DNA from: a virus
Taxonomy: Duplodnaviria; Caudoviricetes
Length of the DNA: 61,738 bases
Strand: one strand, 5' to 3'
IMG/VR virus record: IMGVR_UViG_3300033144_001147
Location: 1-61,738 of that record
The position numbers were made by a program, and so were the translations under genes. Numbering within the stretch: the stretch's first letter is position 1; each line of letters opens with the position of its first letter. Shown here in pieces: positions 37,972 through 46,108 of the stretch. The notes beneath the pieces are model-generated. The model did no database searches, was not told the DNA's origin, and saw only the letters and a list, made by a program, of their open reading frames with translations.

Positions 37972-38021
37972 TACTGATGAGTGTTTAATACACGAAACTG
38001 GTAGAAATACCAGTCTATTAC
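37968..38021 (+). ncRNA. Hammerhead ribozyme, type I (HH2)
   Basis: GTAATA-CTGATGA-GTGT ttaat ACAC-GAAA-CTGGTA gaaa TACCAG-TC-TATTAC; GUC cleavage after 38015. Confidence 0.93.
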
Positions 38022-38039
38022 AATAAAAAATATATAAAA

Positions 38040-38357
38040 ATGAAGACAAAAGAAGATATTAAATCTGAAATGATGAGGGACTCTGACTTTAGACAAGAGT
38101 TAAAAAGTGTTTTACTTATAGACTCAAATGTAAAATCAGTTAGACAAAGAATGGAAACAACCCTATCAAATATACAATATCAAAAGGGAGTTATGATGTG
38201 GGATGATGAGGAGAAAATTGAACATTGTATTGAGATACTTAAAATACTGGAGTATGAAACAACACCAGTATATGAGGATCAATGTTGGGATTGTAGAGAG
38301 GATATACAATACACGGACTTACATCCCTTTTGTCCGGAATGTAATCAACACCAATAA
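38040..38357 (+). CDS. Early protein with C-terminal zinc ribbon, 105 aa
   Basis: CWDC...CPEC. Confidence 0.7.
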   Translation: MKTKEDIKSEMMRDSDFRQELKSVLLIDSNVKSVRQRMETTLSNIQYQKGVMMWDDEEKIEHCIEILKILEYETTPVYEDQCWDCREDIQYTDLHPFCPECNQHQ

Positions 38358-38369
38358 AATTAAATAGAT

Positions 38370-38534
38370 ATGGAAAATAAAGAGTATAAATATATATATC
38401 TACCTAATGGAGATTATATAGTAATTAAATTTGATATAGAGGGAGTTGTTTATGATAGATTTAATAAAGATGATGAACATAAAGAATCTTATGGATATGA
38501 TTTGTATGAGGAATTAAAATTAACTAAAATATAA
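38370..38534 (+). CDS. Early hypothetical protein, 54 aa (not on track)
   Basis: MENKEYKYIYLPNGDYIVIKFDIEGVVYDRF... Confidence 0.65.
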   Translation: MENKEYKYIYLPNGDYIVIKFDIEGVVYDRFNKDDEHKESYGYDLYEELKLTKI

Positions 38535-38538
38535 TAAA

Positions 38539-38718
38539 ATGAAAGAGAAATTTTTATCAATGAGGATGGGAGAACATTTAGAAATGAAAAGGTTCGGACT
38601 ATCAACAAAAGAAATAATAAGACTTAATACAAATGAATGGGAAGTAAATTGTTTTGTAGATGGATGGGAAACTTATTATATGAACATAAAAGAACTAATA
38701 AATTATTTTACTAACTAA
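38539..38718 (+). CDS. Early hypothetical protein, 59 aa (not on track)
   Basis: MKEKFLSMRMGEHLEMKRFG... Confidence 0.65.
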   Translation: MKEKFLSMRMGEHLEMKRFGLSTKEIIRLNTNEWEVNCFVDGWETYYMNIKELINYFTN

Positions 38719-38733
38719 TTAAATATAAAAATT

Positions 38734-39021
38734 ATGAAAATTGAAATTGAATTAAACGAGTTTACTAAATCAGTTGGAACATATATAGATCCTATGTTAA
38801 ATATAGGATATATTCGTTCAGATGAAAGAACAAAAATACAAGTAGTGTATTTTAACGATATAGAGGAGATAACCGAGTTATATGATAGATATAAATATGA
38901 TATACAAAACGACTGGGACACGGAAGAAACACCAACACTGGAAGAATTTTTACACTCTGAACACATTTACATTCTACTGGGTTGTTATAACGGAGAAGGA
39001 CACGAGGTTCTATACTCTTAA
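38734..39021 (+). CDS. Acidic early protein, 95 aa
   Basis: ORF with A-rich start. Confidence 0.75.
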   Translation: MKIEIELNEFTKSVGTYIDPMLNIGYIRSDERTKIQVVYFNDIEEITELYDRYKYDIQNDWDTEETPTLEEFLHSEHIYILLGCYNGEGHEVLYS

Positions 39022-39043
39022 ATTAAATTAAATAAATAAAATT

Positions 39044-39496
39044 ATGGAAAACTGGAAAACACAATATGATGAAGGACAATTTTTAATGGATGAAATTGAC
39101 TTTTTTAAGAATGATAAACAAGAGTTTCTTGTTAGTATACTATGGGATGAAGATAGAGAGGTTGAAAGTGTAACGGATAAAGAAATTGAGGATCATTTTT
39201 ATAGTGATTGTTATTTGTATGAAATACATAGAGAACAATTTTTGAATGATATGAACGAGGAGTTTATGGACTATATAGATGATGAGGTTTATGTTGAGGG
39301 TAAAAATATGGGATGGAGAAATAGGACTGGATATAAAGAGTTTACACTGGAGAGAGGAGAGGACATCTTCTATAAAATTATACCTGAATGTGATTTAACT
39401 TATTATATAGAAAAAGTAAAAGAAAAAGAATATCAAGTAAAAATATCTCACCACGACTCACCAATGGGAGAACATTATACAATTAAAATTAAATAA
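39044..39496 (+). CDS. Acidic early protein, 150 aa
   Basis: MGWRNRTGYK...SHHDSPMGE. Confidence 0.8.
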   Translation: MENWKTQYDEGQFLMDEIDFFKNDKQEFLVSILWDEDREVESVTDKEIEDHFYSDCYLYEIHREQFLNDMNEEFMDYIDDEVYVEGKNMGWRNRTGYKEFTLERGEDIFYKIIPECDLTYYIEKVKEKEYQVKISHHDSPMGEHYTIKIK

Positions 39497-39497
39497 A

Positions 39498-39734
39498 ATG
39501 AAAAGAATAGAGAAACTAAACAAATGGAGTAAATTATCCGACAAAGACAAGTCAGATAAAATTGTAAACGAAATGGACTGGACTGAAAAAGACACAAAAG
39601 AATGGAACGAATTTAAGAAAAATCTACCAAATTTAATAAGAGAAGGGTTGCTTTTTGGGTTCGGAATGAGTGTTTTTCTATTAATTTTAGGGTTCTTTTT
39701 ATATCAATTTCTTCAAGTAATATACAAAATATAA
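39498..39734 (+). CDS. Early membrane protein, 78 aa
   Basis: C-terminal TM helix. Confidence 0.7.
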   Translation: MKRIEKLNKWSKLSDKDKSDKIVNEMDWTEKDTKEWNEFKKNLPNLIREGLLFGFGMSVFLLILGFFLYQFLQVIYKI

Positions 39735-39753
39735 AAAATAATTAAACAAAAAC

Positions 39754-39785
39754 TTGACTTGTATTATTATTTTATTATACATTTG
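39754..39785 (+). promoter_or_regulatory. Early promoter 2
   Basis: TTG-N21-TACATTTG, preceded by AAACAAAAA as in promoter 1. Confidence 0.7.
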
Positions 39786-39817
39786 TCAAAAATTATTAAT
39801 CTATTAAAATTAAAAAA

Positions 39818-40237
39818 ATGGGAACAAGAAGTTTAACAAAGGTTATAGAAACCTACACGGACAAAGAAAACAAGAAACACAAAACAAACCTTATATGTAT
39901 GTATAGACAATATGATGGTTATCCAAGTGGACACGGACAAGAGTTATCAGAATTTTTGTTCGGTAGACAAATTGTAAACGGATTTAGTTGTAGACACGAA
40001 AACGAAAAATATAACAACGGAATGGGATGTTTCGGAGCAGAATTAATATCCTACTTTAAGACTGGAATAGGAAACATATATGTCCAAGATCCAAATAGTG
40101 AAATGGATTATGAGGACTTTGAATATATAATAGAAGGAAATGATGAGGATGGGTTAAACATAAAAGTAAACAATTATGATGGAGTTGAAGTGTTTAATGG
40201 TAGTGTAGGTTCATTTAGAGATTTTTGTAATGAATAA
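39818..40237 (+). CDS. Hypothetical phage protein, 139 aa
   Basis: MGTRS...YRQYDGYPSGHG...NGMGCFGAEL. Confidence 0.8.
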   Translation: MGTRSLTKVIETYTDKENKKHKTNLICMYRQYDGYPSGHGQELSEFLFGRQIVNGFSCRHENEKYNNGMGCFGAELISYFKTGIGNIYVQDPNSEMDYEDFEYIIEGNDEDGLNIKVNNYDGVEVFNGSVGSFRDFCNE

Positions 40238-40247
40238 AATAAAACCT

Positions 40248-40352
40248 ATGAGAGTTAAGAAGGTTGGTAAAAATACCAACAAGAGTTATACCGAATGGAT
40301 GAAATACATCCATAAGGAAGTAAGTAAAATAAATAAAAAGAAAATAAAATGA
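40248..40352 (+). CDS. Basic 34-aa protein (not on track)
   Basis: MRVKKVGKNTNKSYTEWMKYIHKEVSKINKKKIK; ATGA-coupled to the next gene. Confidence 0.55.
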   Translation: MRVKKVGKNTNKSYTEWMKYIHKEVSKINKKKIK

Positions 40353-40645
40353 GTTTATACCATAAATTAAGATTAGATCCACCTTTACTAAAAATAGAGG
40401 GAAAACCGAGAGAAATTAAAATTGATGTAGTATCAGTTATGTGTGATAACAAGTATAGATGGAGTGTATATAAAAACGATAATGGGGATTACAAAATTTC
40501 TACATCCCCTCAAGCGTTCTCTAATTTTCAAACGAAATATAAGAAAGATGATATTGAGTGGGAAATGGATGGAGGAGACTGGGAGGAAGTATGGGAGATG
40601 ATTAATAGTGGAACAATTAAAATAGAAAAAATAAAATATAGATAA
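40349..40645 (+). CDS. Hypothetical protein, 98 aa
   Basis: Operon-packed ORF. Confidence 0.7.
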   Translation: MSLYHKLRLDPPLLKIEGKPREIKIDVVSVMCDNKYRWSVYKNDNGDYKISTSPQAFSNFQTKYKKDDIEWEMDGGDWEEVWEMINSGTIKIEKIKYR

Positions 40646-40646
40646 T

Positions 40647-40901
40647 ATGAAAAATTATAGTAAAGAAAAAGTAGAGAAATACTGGACTGAATTAATATCA
40701 GAACATTTAGTTGGTAAAACAATAACAAAAGTAGAATATATTGGGGATGAAGAAATGGAAAAAAATATGTGGTATAAAAAACCCATAGCCATTCAGTTAG
40801 ATAATAAAGATTGGTTAGTGCCTATGATGGATGATGAAGGGAATGATGGGGGAGCAATATCAACCTCATTCAAAGAACTACAAACAATACCAGTAATATG
40901 A
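40647..40901 (+). CDS. Hypothetical protein, 84 aa
   Basis: LVGKTITKVEY...PMMDDEGNDGGA. Confidence 0.75.
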   Translation: MKNYSKEKVEKYWTELISEHLVGKTITKVEYIGDEEMEKNMWYKKPIAIQLDNKDWLVPMMDDEGNDGGAISTSFKELQTIPVI

Positions 40902-41023
40902 AAAAAGATACTAACTTTTATATAGAGTGTTTGAAAAGAGAATTAAGAAAGCCATTAAATAAACAAGATTTTATGTATATGAGATGGTTAGATGAAATGA
41001 TAAACGATAAATCAAATAAATAA
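40898..41023 (+). CDS. Hypothetical protein, 41 aa (not on track)
   Basis: ATGA-coupled; MKKDTNFYIECLKRELRKPLNKQDF... Confidence 0.55.
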   Translation: MKKDTNFYIECLKRELRKPLNKQDFMYMRWLDEMINDKSNK

Positions 41024-41045
41024 ATAACTAAACTTAAATTAAATT

Positions 41046-41747
41046 ATGCCAAACTGGGTTTATAGTGGGATAACAATATCTACCCCACTTACAAAAAAAC
41101 AAGAAAAGATATTACAAAAAATAGAAAAGACTGGATCAATATGTGAGTATTATGTTCCAAGAAACAAAGAGATTTTAGAGACAAGAAGTCCAGCCAGTAT
41201 TGTTTCTCAAAAAGAATATGATGAGATACAAATTAAAAACAAAAAGAAAGTAGAAAATCATAAGGAGGGAGAACACTTACATTTAGATCGTTCAATTACA
41301 CAAAAGACAAGTGATAACCTTATCAAAAAGTATGGAACAAATAATTGGTATGACTGGAGTAACGAAAACTGGGGAACAAAATGGGGAGATTGTGATTTAG
41401 AGATAGATGTTGAAGAGGGAGATATAAGATTTGAGAGTGCGTGGAGTCCTATTTCTAATAAAATAATGGATATGTTTATACAAGACTTTCCTACTATATA
41501 TTATCATTTTGAAGAAGAACAAGGATGGGGAGCAGAATATGATTTTGAAGATGGAGAAATGACACGAAGTTTAGATTATGATTATCCTAATTGGGAGGAT
41601 GGTGTAGAGTATAAGGATTGTTTTATAACAAAACTAATTGATGATCATCCACATTTTGAGGAGGGTGCCGGATATTATTTAGAGTGGGGACAAGAGTATT
41701 GTGGAAAAACATTAGAGGAAGCCAAAGAATATATTAATCAATTTTAA
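41046..41747 (+). CDS. DUF1281/YubB ferredoxin-like domain protein, 233 aa
   Basis: MPNW...WYDWSNENWGTKWG...FESAWSP. Confidence 0.75.
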   Translation: MPNWVYSGITISTPLTKKQEKILQKIEKTGSICEYYVPRNKEILETRSPASIVSQKEYDEIQIKNKKKVENHKEGEHLHLDRSITQKTSDNLIKKYGTNNWYDWSNENWGTKWGDCDLEIDVEEGDIRFESAWSPISNKIMDMFIQDFPTIYYHFEEEQGWGAEYDFEDGEMTRSLDYDYPNWEDGVEYKDCFITKLIDDHPHFEEGAGYYLEWGQEYCGKTLEEAKEYINQF

Positions 41748-41758
41748 AAATAATTAAT

Positions 41759-41956
41759 ATGATACTTGATGATAAGATAGATAACTATATAAAATGGTAT
41801 AGGGAAGAATGTAACGATCCTTATGGGGAGTTAAGATGGTTGATTGAATGTGTATTAGAGGATGAGAATAATAAAAAGTTTATGATGGAGATACTTAATG
41901 ATACTGCCGAAATATATAGGTTACGAGACAAAATAGAAATAACAAAACATAAATAA
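41759..41956 (+). CDS. Hypothetical protein, 65 aa
   Basis: Operon-packed ORF. Confidence 0.65.
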   Translation: MILDDKIDNYIKWYREECNDPYGELRWLIECVLEDENNKKFMMEILNDTAEIYRLRDKIEITKHK

Positions 41957-41957
41957 T

Positions 41958-42188
41958 ATGAAATATAAATTAGAAACATATAAGTTTATAGACTATATGT
42001 TCCAAGATAAAGATGATTATCTTTACTGGGGAAAACGAGTAGCAGAAGAAGTGCAAGATGGAGAAGTAACTATTACCTTACAAGGATTGTTAGATGGTTG
42101 TGGAGAAATACCTATATGGTATTTTGATGTAGAGGATGAGAATGAACACCCTGAATATATAGACTCTTCAAATATAAAACTAATATGA
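41958..42188 (+). CDS. Hypothetical protein, 76 aa
   Basis: Operon-packed ORF. Confidence 0.65.
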   Translation: MKYKLETYKFIDYMFQDKDDYLYWGKRVAEEVQDGEVTITLQGLLDGCGEIPIWYFDVEDENEHPEYIDSSNIKLI

Positions 42189-42313
42189 GTGAGAGAGAAG
42201 ATATATTAGAGTGGTATGATAATTTTGTAGACTATATTGAAGAAATGGATATAAACTTATATAACGAAGCGTGTGAACATGCCGATAAAAAAGAAGAAGA
42301 TGAACTACGATAA
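42185..42313 (+). CDS. Acidic 42-aa protein (not on track)
   Basis: MSEREDILEWYDNFVDYIEEMDINLYNEACEHADKKEEDELR. Confidence 0.6.
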   Translation: MSEREDILEWYDNFVDYIEEMDINLYNEACEHADKKEEDELR

Positions 42314-42512
42314 CTGGAAATTAGCAACACCCGATTATACCGAGATGGTTAGTAGATGTTGTGGAGGAGAATATGAGGAAGTGTATAGCGAGATGTATGA
42401 TGAGGATAAATTATTATGTAGTGAATGTAATGAGTATTGTGAGTCAATAGAGGATTATGAATATAAAGAAATACAAAGAGAAAATTATTTAGAAGATATG
42501 AGAGATGAATAA
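42300..42512 (+). CDS. Small Zn-finger protein, 70 aa (start corrected to 42300)
   Basis: MNYDNWKLATP...SRCCG...CSECNEYC. Confidence 0.7.
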   Translation: MNYDNWKLATPDYTEMVSRCCGGEYEEVYSEMYDEDKLLCSECNEYCESIEDYEYKEIQRENYLEDMRDE

Positions 42513-42515
42513 ATA

Positions 42516-42623
42516 AAGAATAAAGGTAGGAGAACAGAGGTGATAGCTGAAATACGTGGAATGAAAAGATCCTAATGTAGCCATCCTTGAGTGCACTCTT
42601 AACGAACTACTACCTTTATTTTT
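42516..42623 (+). ncRNA. Candidate structured RNA 1
   Basis: Perfect 11-bp closing stem AATAAAGGTAG/CTACCTTTATT in a non-coding gap. Confidence 0.4.
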
Positions 42624-42631
42624 TAATAATT

Positions 42632-42732
42632 AAATATCAATAGGTGTTGAATGATGTAAGTCCCGATATGGCAGAAACAACTTAATAGGAATGAAAACAT
42701 TTGCGTTATCAATAACCTGCCTTATGATATTT
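42632..42732 (+). ncRNA. Candidate structured RNA 2
   Basis: AAATATCA/TGATATTT closing stem and long G-U-rich inner stem. Confidence 0.4.
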
Positions 42733-42748
42733 TTAATAAAATAAAAAA

Positions 42749-43051
42749 ATGAAAGAAATACAAGAGTTAATACTAAAAGAAAAACAAAAGGATAGTCCTA
42801 ATAAAGAATATATCCAGTTTTTACAACAACTATCGGATCAGAAAGAGTTAAGTGAAAATTTAGTTAATGAAGTTAAGCAAAGAAACTTTTTAGAAAAACA
42901 ATATAAACAAAACACTATTGAGCTTGATGATTACTTTAAGTATAGTGGAGAAGTGGAGCAATACAAAAATATAGTAGATCGTTTAGTTTGGAAAAACAAT
43001 ATGGTAGACCGGCTAAAAGAATATATGAAAGATAAAAAATTAAATAAATAA
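42749..43051 (+). CDS. Hypothetical protein, 100 aa
   Basis: ORF with A-rich start. Confidence 0.7.
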   Translation: MKEIQELILKEKQKDSPNKEYIQFLQQLSDQKELSENLVNEVKQRNFLEKQYKQNTIELDDYFKYSGEVEQYKNIVDRLVWKNNMVDRLKEYMKDKKLNK

Positions 43052-43069
43052 CTAATTAAAATTAAAAAA

Positions 43070-43258
43070 ATGAGTGAATACAAAGAACAACAACCGATTA
43101 AAACAATAGAACTTGAAACATGTTGGTATGAAATGGATGATGGAACAATATATTATGATACCGATACAATTAGAGAGGAGTTTGAACGGATAATAGAATG
43201 TCTTGAGAGTGGAGAGGCAGTAGAAAAATCTGCAATTGATATGATTTTTGGGAATTAA
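43070..43258 (+). CDS. Acidic hypothetical protein, 62 aa
   Basis: ORF with A-rich start. Confidence 0.65.
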   Translation: MSEYKEQQPIKTIELETCWYEMDDGTIYYDTDTIREEFERIIECLESGEAVEKSAIDMIFGN

Positions 43259-43282
43259 TAACAATTAAAAATAAAAAGAAAT

Positions 43283-43549
43283 ATGAAAACATCAGACTTA
43301 ATTAAAGAAGTAGGAAGAGAAGTAGTTATGTTGCTACTTGAAAAAAATAAAGCATACGGAGATACTGCAAATAAACCTCCTAAAATTTTTTCTAAATTAT
43401 CAGCAAAAGAAGGGATACTGGCGAGAATAGATGATAAGTTAAGTAGAATAAAACAAGTAGGTATAAACGATAAGACTGAAGATACCTTATTAGACTTAAT
43501 TGGATACTTAATTTTATATAGAGTTCAGTGTAAAAAGGAAGAGAAATAA
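43283..43549 (+). CDS. DUF1599/nucleotide modification-associated domain protein, 88 aa
   Basis: KNKAYGD...RIDDKLSRI...EDTLLDLIGYLIL. Confidence 0.75.
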   Translation: MKTSDLIKEVGREVVMLLLEKNKAYGDTANKPPKIFSKLSAKEGILARIDDKLSRIKQVGINDKTEDTLLDLIGYLILYRVQCKKEEK

Positions 43550-43566
43550 AAAAAAGTTAAACATTA

Positions 43567-43598
43567 TTTGGTAAAGTATTGAAAAAGAATTATCTTTA
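43567..43598 (+). promoter_or_regulatory. Middle promoter
   Basis: TTTG-N20-TATCTTTA (one mismatch). Confidence 0.6.
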
Positions 43599-43631
43599 CC
43601 GACAATTAAATCTAATTAAATTAAACTTTAT

Positions 43632-43925
43632 ATGAAGAAACGTATTTTTGATCTTTACGCAACGGAAATAGCCAAGCAATTCCATCTGACACTCGATCAG
43701 ATGTTTACTAAAACAAAGAAAAGAGAGATAGTAGATGCAAGACAAATCTTGTATTACTTATGTATGGAGCGTCCTATTAGAATATCTTATATTCAAAGGT
43801 TTATGGAAGAAAACGGACATCATATTTCTCACTCTACTATTATACACGGATATAAAAAAGCAAAACAACTTATTGATGATGATAAGGATTTTGAAGAAGT
43901 AGTTAATAAAATTCAGAATGTATAG
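43632..43925 (+). CDS. DnaA C-terminal (domain IV)-like DNA-binding protein, 97 aa
   Basis: KTKKREIVDARQILYYLC...HSTIIHG. Confidence 0.8.
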   Translation: MKKRIFDLYATEIAKQFHLTLDQMFTKTKKREIVDARQILYYLCMERPIRISYIQRFMEENGHHISHSTIIHGYKKAKQLIDDDKDFEEVVNKIQNV

Positions 43926-44325
43926 TATAGAAGATGTGTTTGAACAATCTCAAAAAGATCATCACGCAATTATCACGGACAAAGGAGCAATCAACAATGG
44001 AGTAAAAATACAAAAGTTCCCCTCCAAAACCGAGATCTTAAATTGTGGGAGGAGTGGAGATTATTTTCAAGAGTGTAATAAAGAAGAGTATAAAATTTTT
44101 TTTAAGTATGGATGGAAGGAAGGAGGGTTAAGACTATCAATGTTGAATTGCAAAAGAAAGTTAGACATTGTGGAGCATAAAATAAAGGCTGAAGTAAATA
44201 CAAGAAAGAATGATAAACATATACAAAGATTAAAAAATACAAGAGAGTCTTTATTAATAAAATATTCAAATAGAAATCAACAATTAAATAAATTAACAAA
44301 TGGAAAAAAAGAAAAACATTTTTAA
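43918..44325 (+). CDS. Hypothetical protein, 135 aa
   Basis: Operon-packed ORF. Confidence 0.7.
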   Translation: MYSIEDVFEQSQKDHHAIITDKGAINNGVKIQKFPSKTEILNCGRSGDYFQECNKEEYKIFFKYGWKEGGLRLSMLNCKRKLDIVEHKIKAEVNTRKNDKHIQRLKNTRESLLIKYSNRNQQLNKLTNGKKEKHF

Positions 44326-44911
44326 GGAATTATCATCCATATCTATAAAAGGTAAAACCGATAAGAAAGGAAAGTTTGATTATTTATCATGGGCTTCAGC
44401 GTGGAGTATGATTAAATCAGAACACCCTGAAGCACAAAGAAAAGTATATGAGTCTCAAGAAACTGGACTTAACTTTTTTACTGATGGTAAAACTGCTTAT
44501 GTAAAAGTAGGTATAACTATAAATAATTTAGAGCATATAGATTATTTACCAGTAATGGATTACCGAAACAACTCAATATCTATGGATAAGATTAATTCTA
44601 TGGATGTTAATACAGCCATTCAACGATCTACTGCCAAGGCAATTGCGATGCACGGATTAGGATTAAGTTTATGGATAGGAGAAGATACTATAATAACAAC
44701 TAAACCGGTTTCAACTCCATCCAGTAAAACTCCTACACCAACAAAAGATGCTAAAATAACTTTAGATATAGGAGATAACAACTGGGGTAAGGTATTAAAA
44801 TATATAGCTTCTAATAAAGAATTAGGATTACCTAAAATAGTAAAGAATTTAGAGACTAAATATAATATAAAGGCGGTAGTAAAAAAAGAACTCTCAAAAC
44901 AAATTAAATAA
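44300..44911 (+). CDS. Sak/Rad52-like single-strand annealing protein (DUF1071), 203 aa
   Basis: YLSWASAW...LPVMDYRN...DVNTAIQRSTAKAIAMHGLGLSLWIGED. Confidence 0.85.
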   Translation: MEKKKNIFKELSSISIKGKTDKKGKFDYLSWASAWSMIKSEHPEAQRKVYESQETGLNFFTDGKTAYVKVGITINNLEHIDYLPVMDYRNNSISMDKINSMDVNTAIQRSTAKAIAMHGLGLSLWIGEDTIITTKPVSTPSSKTPTPTKDAKITLDIGDNNWGKVLKYIASNKELGLPKIVKNLETKYNIKAVVKKELSKQIK

Positions 44912-45246
44912 TGGAAAAAATACCGGGGATAAAAGCTTTAATTAAAGATAAATTAGATAAACTTAACTGGGTTCAATGGGATGGATCAGGGATTACCAGT
45001 GAAGAGGGTTTTGTAGTTTGGGTAGACTATATGGAAAATATAGGGGTAGATAAAGATACTAATCAACTCTTAATTAATATAAAGTATAAAGGTCAGCCAG
45101 TATACACAACCGCAACTACTGATAAAGATACTATGGATTATTTTGGTGTATGGTATATGCAGTTAGGAGATATAATAAACGAGAGAAATGAAAAGAGAGA
45201 TAAGGAGGCGGAGGAAGAGGGTAAAATAAAATTTGAAAAACTATAA
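44911..45246 (+). CDS. Hypothetical protein, 111 aa
   Basis: Coupled to the annealing-protein gene. Confidence 0.7.
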   Translation: MEKIPGIKALIKDKLDKLNWVQWDGSGITSEEGFVVWVDYMENIGVDKDTNQLLINIKYKGQPVYTTATTDKDTMDYFGVWYMQLGDIINERNEKRDKEAEEEGKIKFEKL

Positions 45247-45985
45247 TATGGATAAAGACTTACAATTATTAAAAGAGGATGAACATTATTACGGAAAGTT
45301 TGGAAAACAATTTTTATCTAATTCCGATATAATCACTTTACTAAACGATCCTAAAAGTTTTGGAACTGAAAAGGTTATGACAAAGGCTATGTTGATTGGA
45401 AGATATTTTCATACAGCAATGTTGGAGCCGGAGAAAATTGATAGTGTAGAATATTGGACTATTGATGCTTCCAGTAGAAATACTAAAAAATACAAAGAAG
45501 AACTACTCCATTACAAAAGGCCTTTAATGATGTTGTCTAAAGAAAAGATTGAGATTGATAAAGCTATCAGTACTATGAAAAACAATTTGGAATTTTATGA
45601 GTCAATATATGATGAAGAAAATGAGTTCGAAGTTCCTGCAATACACGAGGTAATGGGAATGAAATGGAAGGGAAAGGCGGATATAGTGGGAAAAGATTTT
45701 TTAATTGATCTAAAAACTACATCTAACATAAAAGACTTTAAGTATAGTGCGAGAAAATATAACTATGATAGTCAAGCGTATTTATACCAACAATTCTTTA
45801 ATAGACCTCTTGTTTTTTATGTGGTAGACAAACTAACGTTTGAGTTAGGGATATATCATCCCTCTGAAACTTTTTTAAGTTATGGAAAAGATAAAGTTGA
45901 ACGAGCAATAGAAGTATATAAAAAATTTTTTAGCAATGAATCTACGGAAGATATTGAAACTTATATTATTAAAGAAATACTTTAA
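45233..45985 (+). CDS. PD-(D/E)XK exonuclease (RecE/ExoVIII-like, DUF3799); start may be ATG 45248
   Basis: LSNSDI...GRYFHTAMLEP...KGKADI...IDLKTT...YNYDSQAYLY. Confidence 0.85.
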   Translation: MKNYNMDKDLQLLKEDEHYYGKFGKQFLSNSDIITLLNDPKSFGTEKVMTKAMLIGRYFHTAMLEPEKIDSVEYWTIDASSRNTKKYKEELLHYKRPLMMLSKEKIEIDKAISTMKNNLEFYESIYDEENEFEVPAIHEVMGMKWKGKADIVGKDFLIDLKTTSNIKDFKYSARKYNYDSQAYLYQQFFNRPLVFYVVDKLTFELGIYHPSETFLSYGKDKVERAIEVYKKFFSNESTEDIETYIIKEIL

Positions 45986-46106
45986 TAAAAAAAATGATGA
46001 AGTGTGGTTGAAAGTTCCGACCAATTACACTTCACAAGCTGATCGTGATAAAGTCATGGAAGCTACAATGGACAAGTTGGAGCAAATAATTTATAAAAAT
46101 TTTTAA
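45936..46106 (+). CDS. Hypothetical protein, 56 aa (not on track)
   Basis: MNLRKILKLILLKKYFNKKNDEVWLKVPTNYTSQADRDKVMEATMDKLEQIIYKNF. Confidence 0.55.
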   Translation: MNLRKILKLILLKKYFNKKNDEVWLKVPTNYTSQADRDKVMEATMDKLEQIIYKNF

Positions 46107-46108
46107 TT

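Noticed and set aside
36922-39734. Alternative genetic code or tRNA-Ala avoidance as the cause of Ala-free proteins
   Set aside because: GpC is also absent out of frame and in non-coding DNA, and ORFs read normally in code 11
42516-42732. tRNA, or hairpin/twister/pistol ribozyme
   Set aside because: No cloverleaf or T-loop; AGAAACA is present but the partner strand of a hairpin ribozyme is not; left as an unclassified candidate
43283-43549. DNA hypermodification pathway
   Set aside because: The DUF1599-like gene stands alone; no polymerase, kinase or base-modifying enzymes recognised nearby
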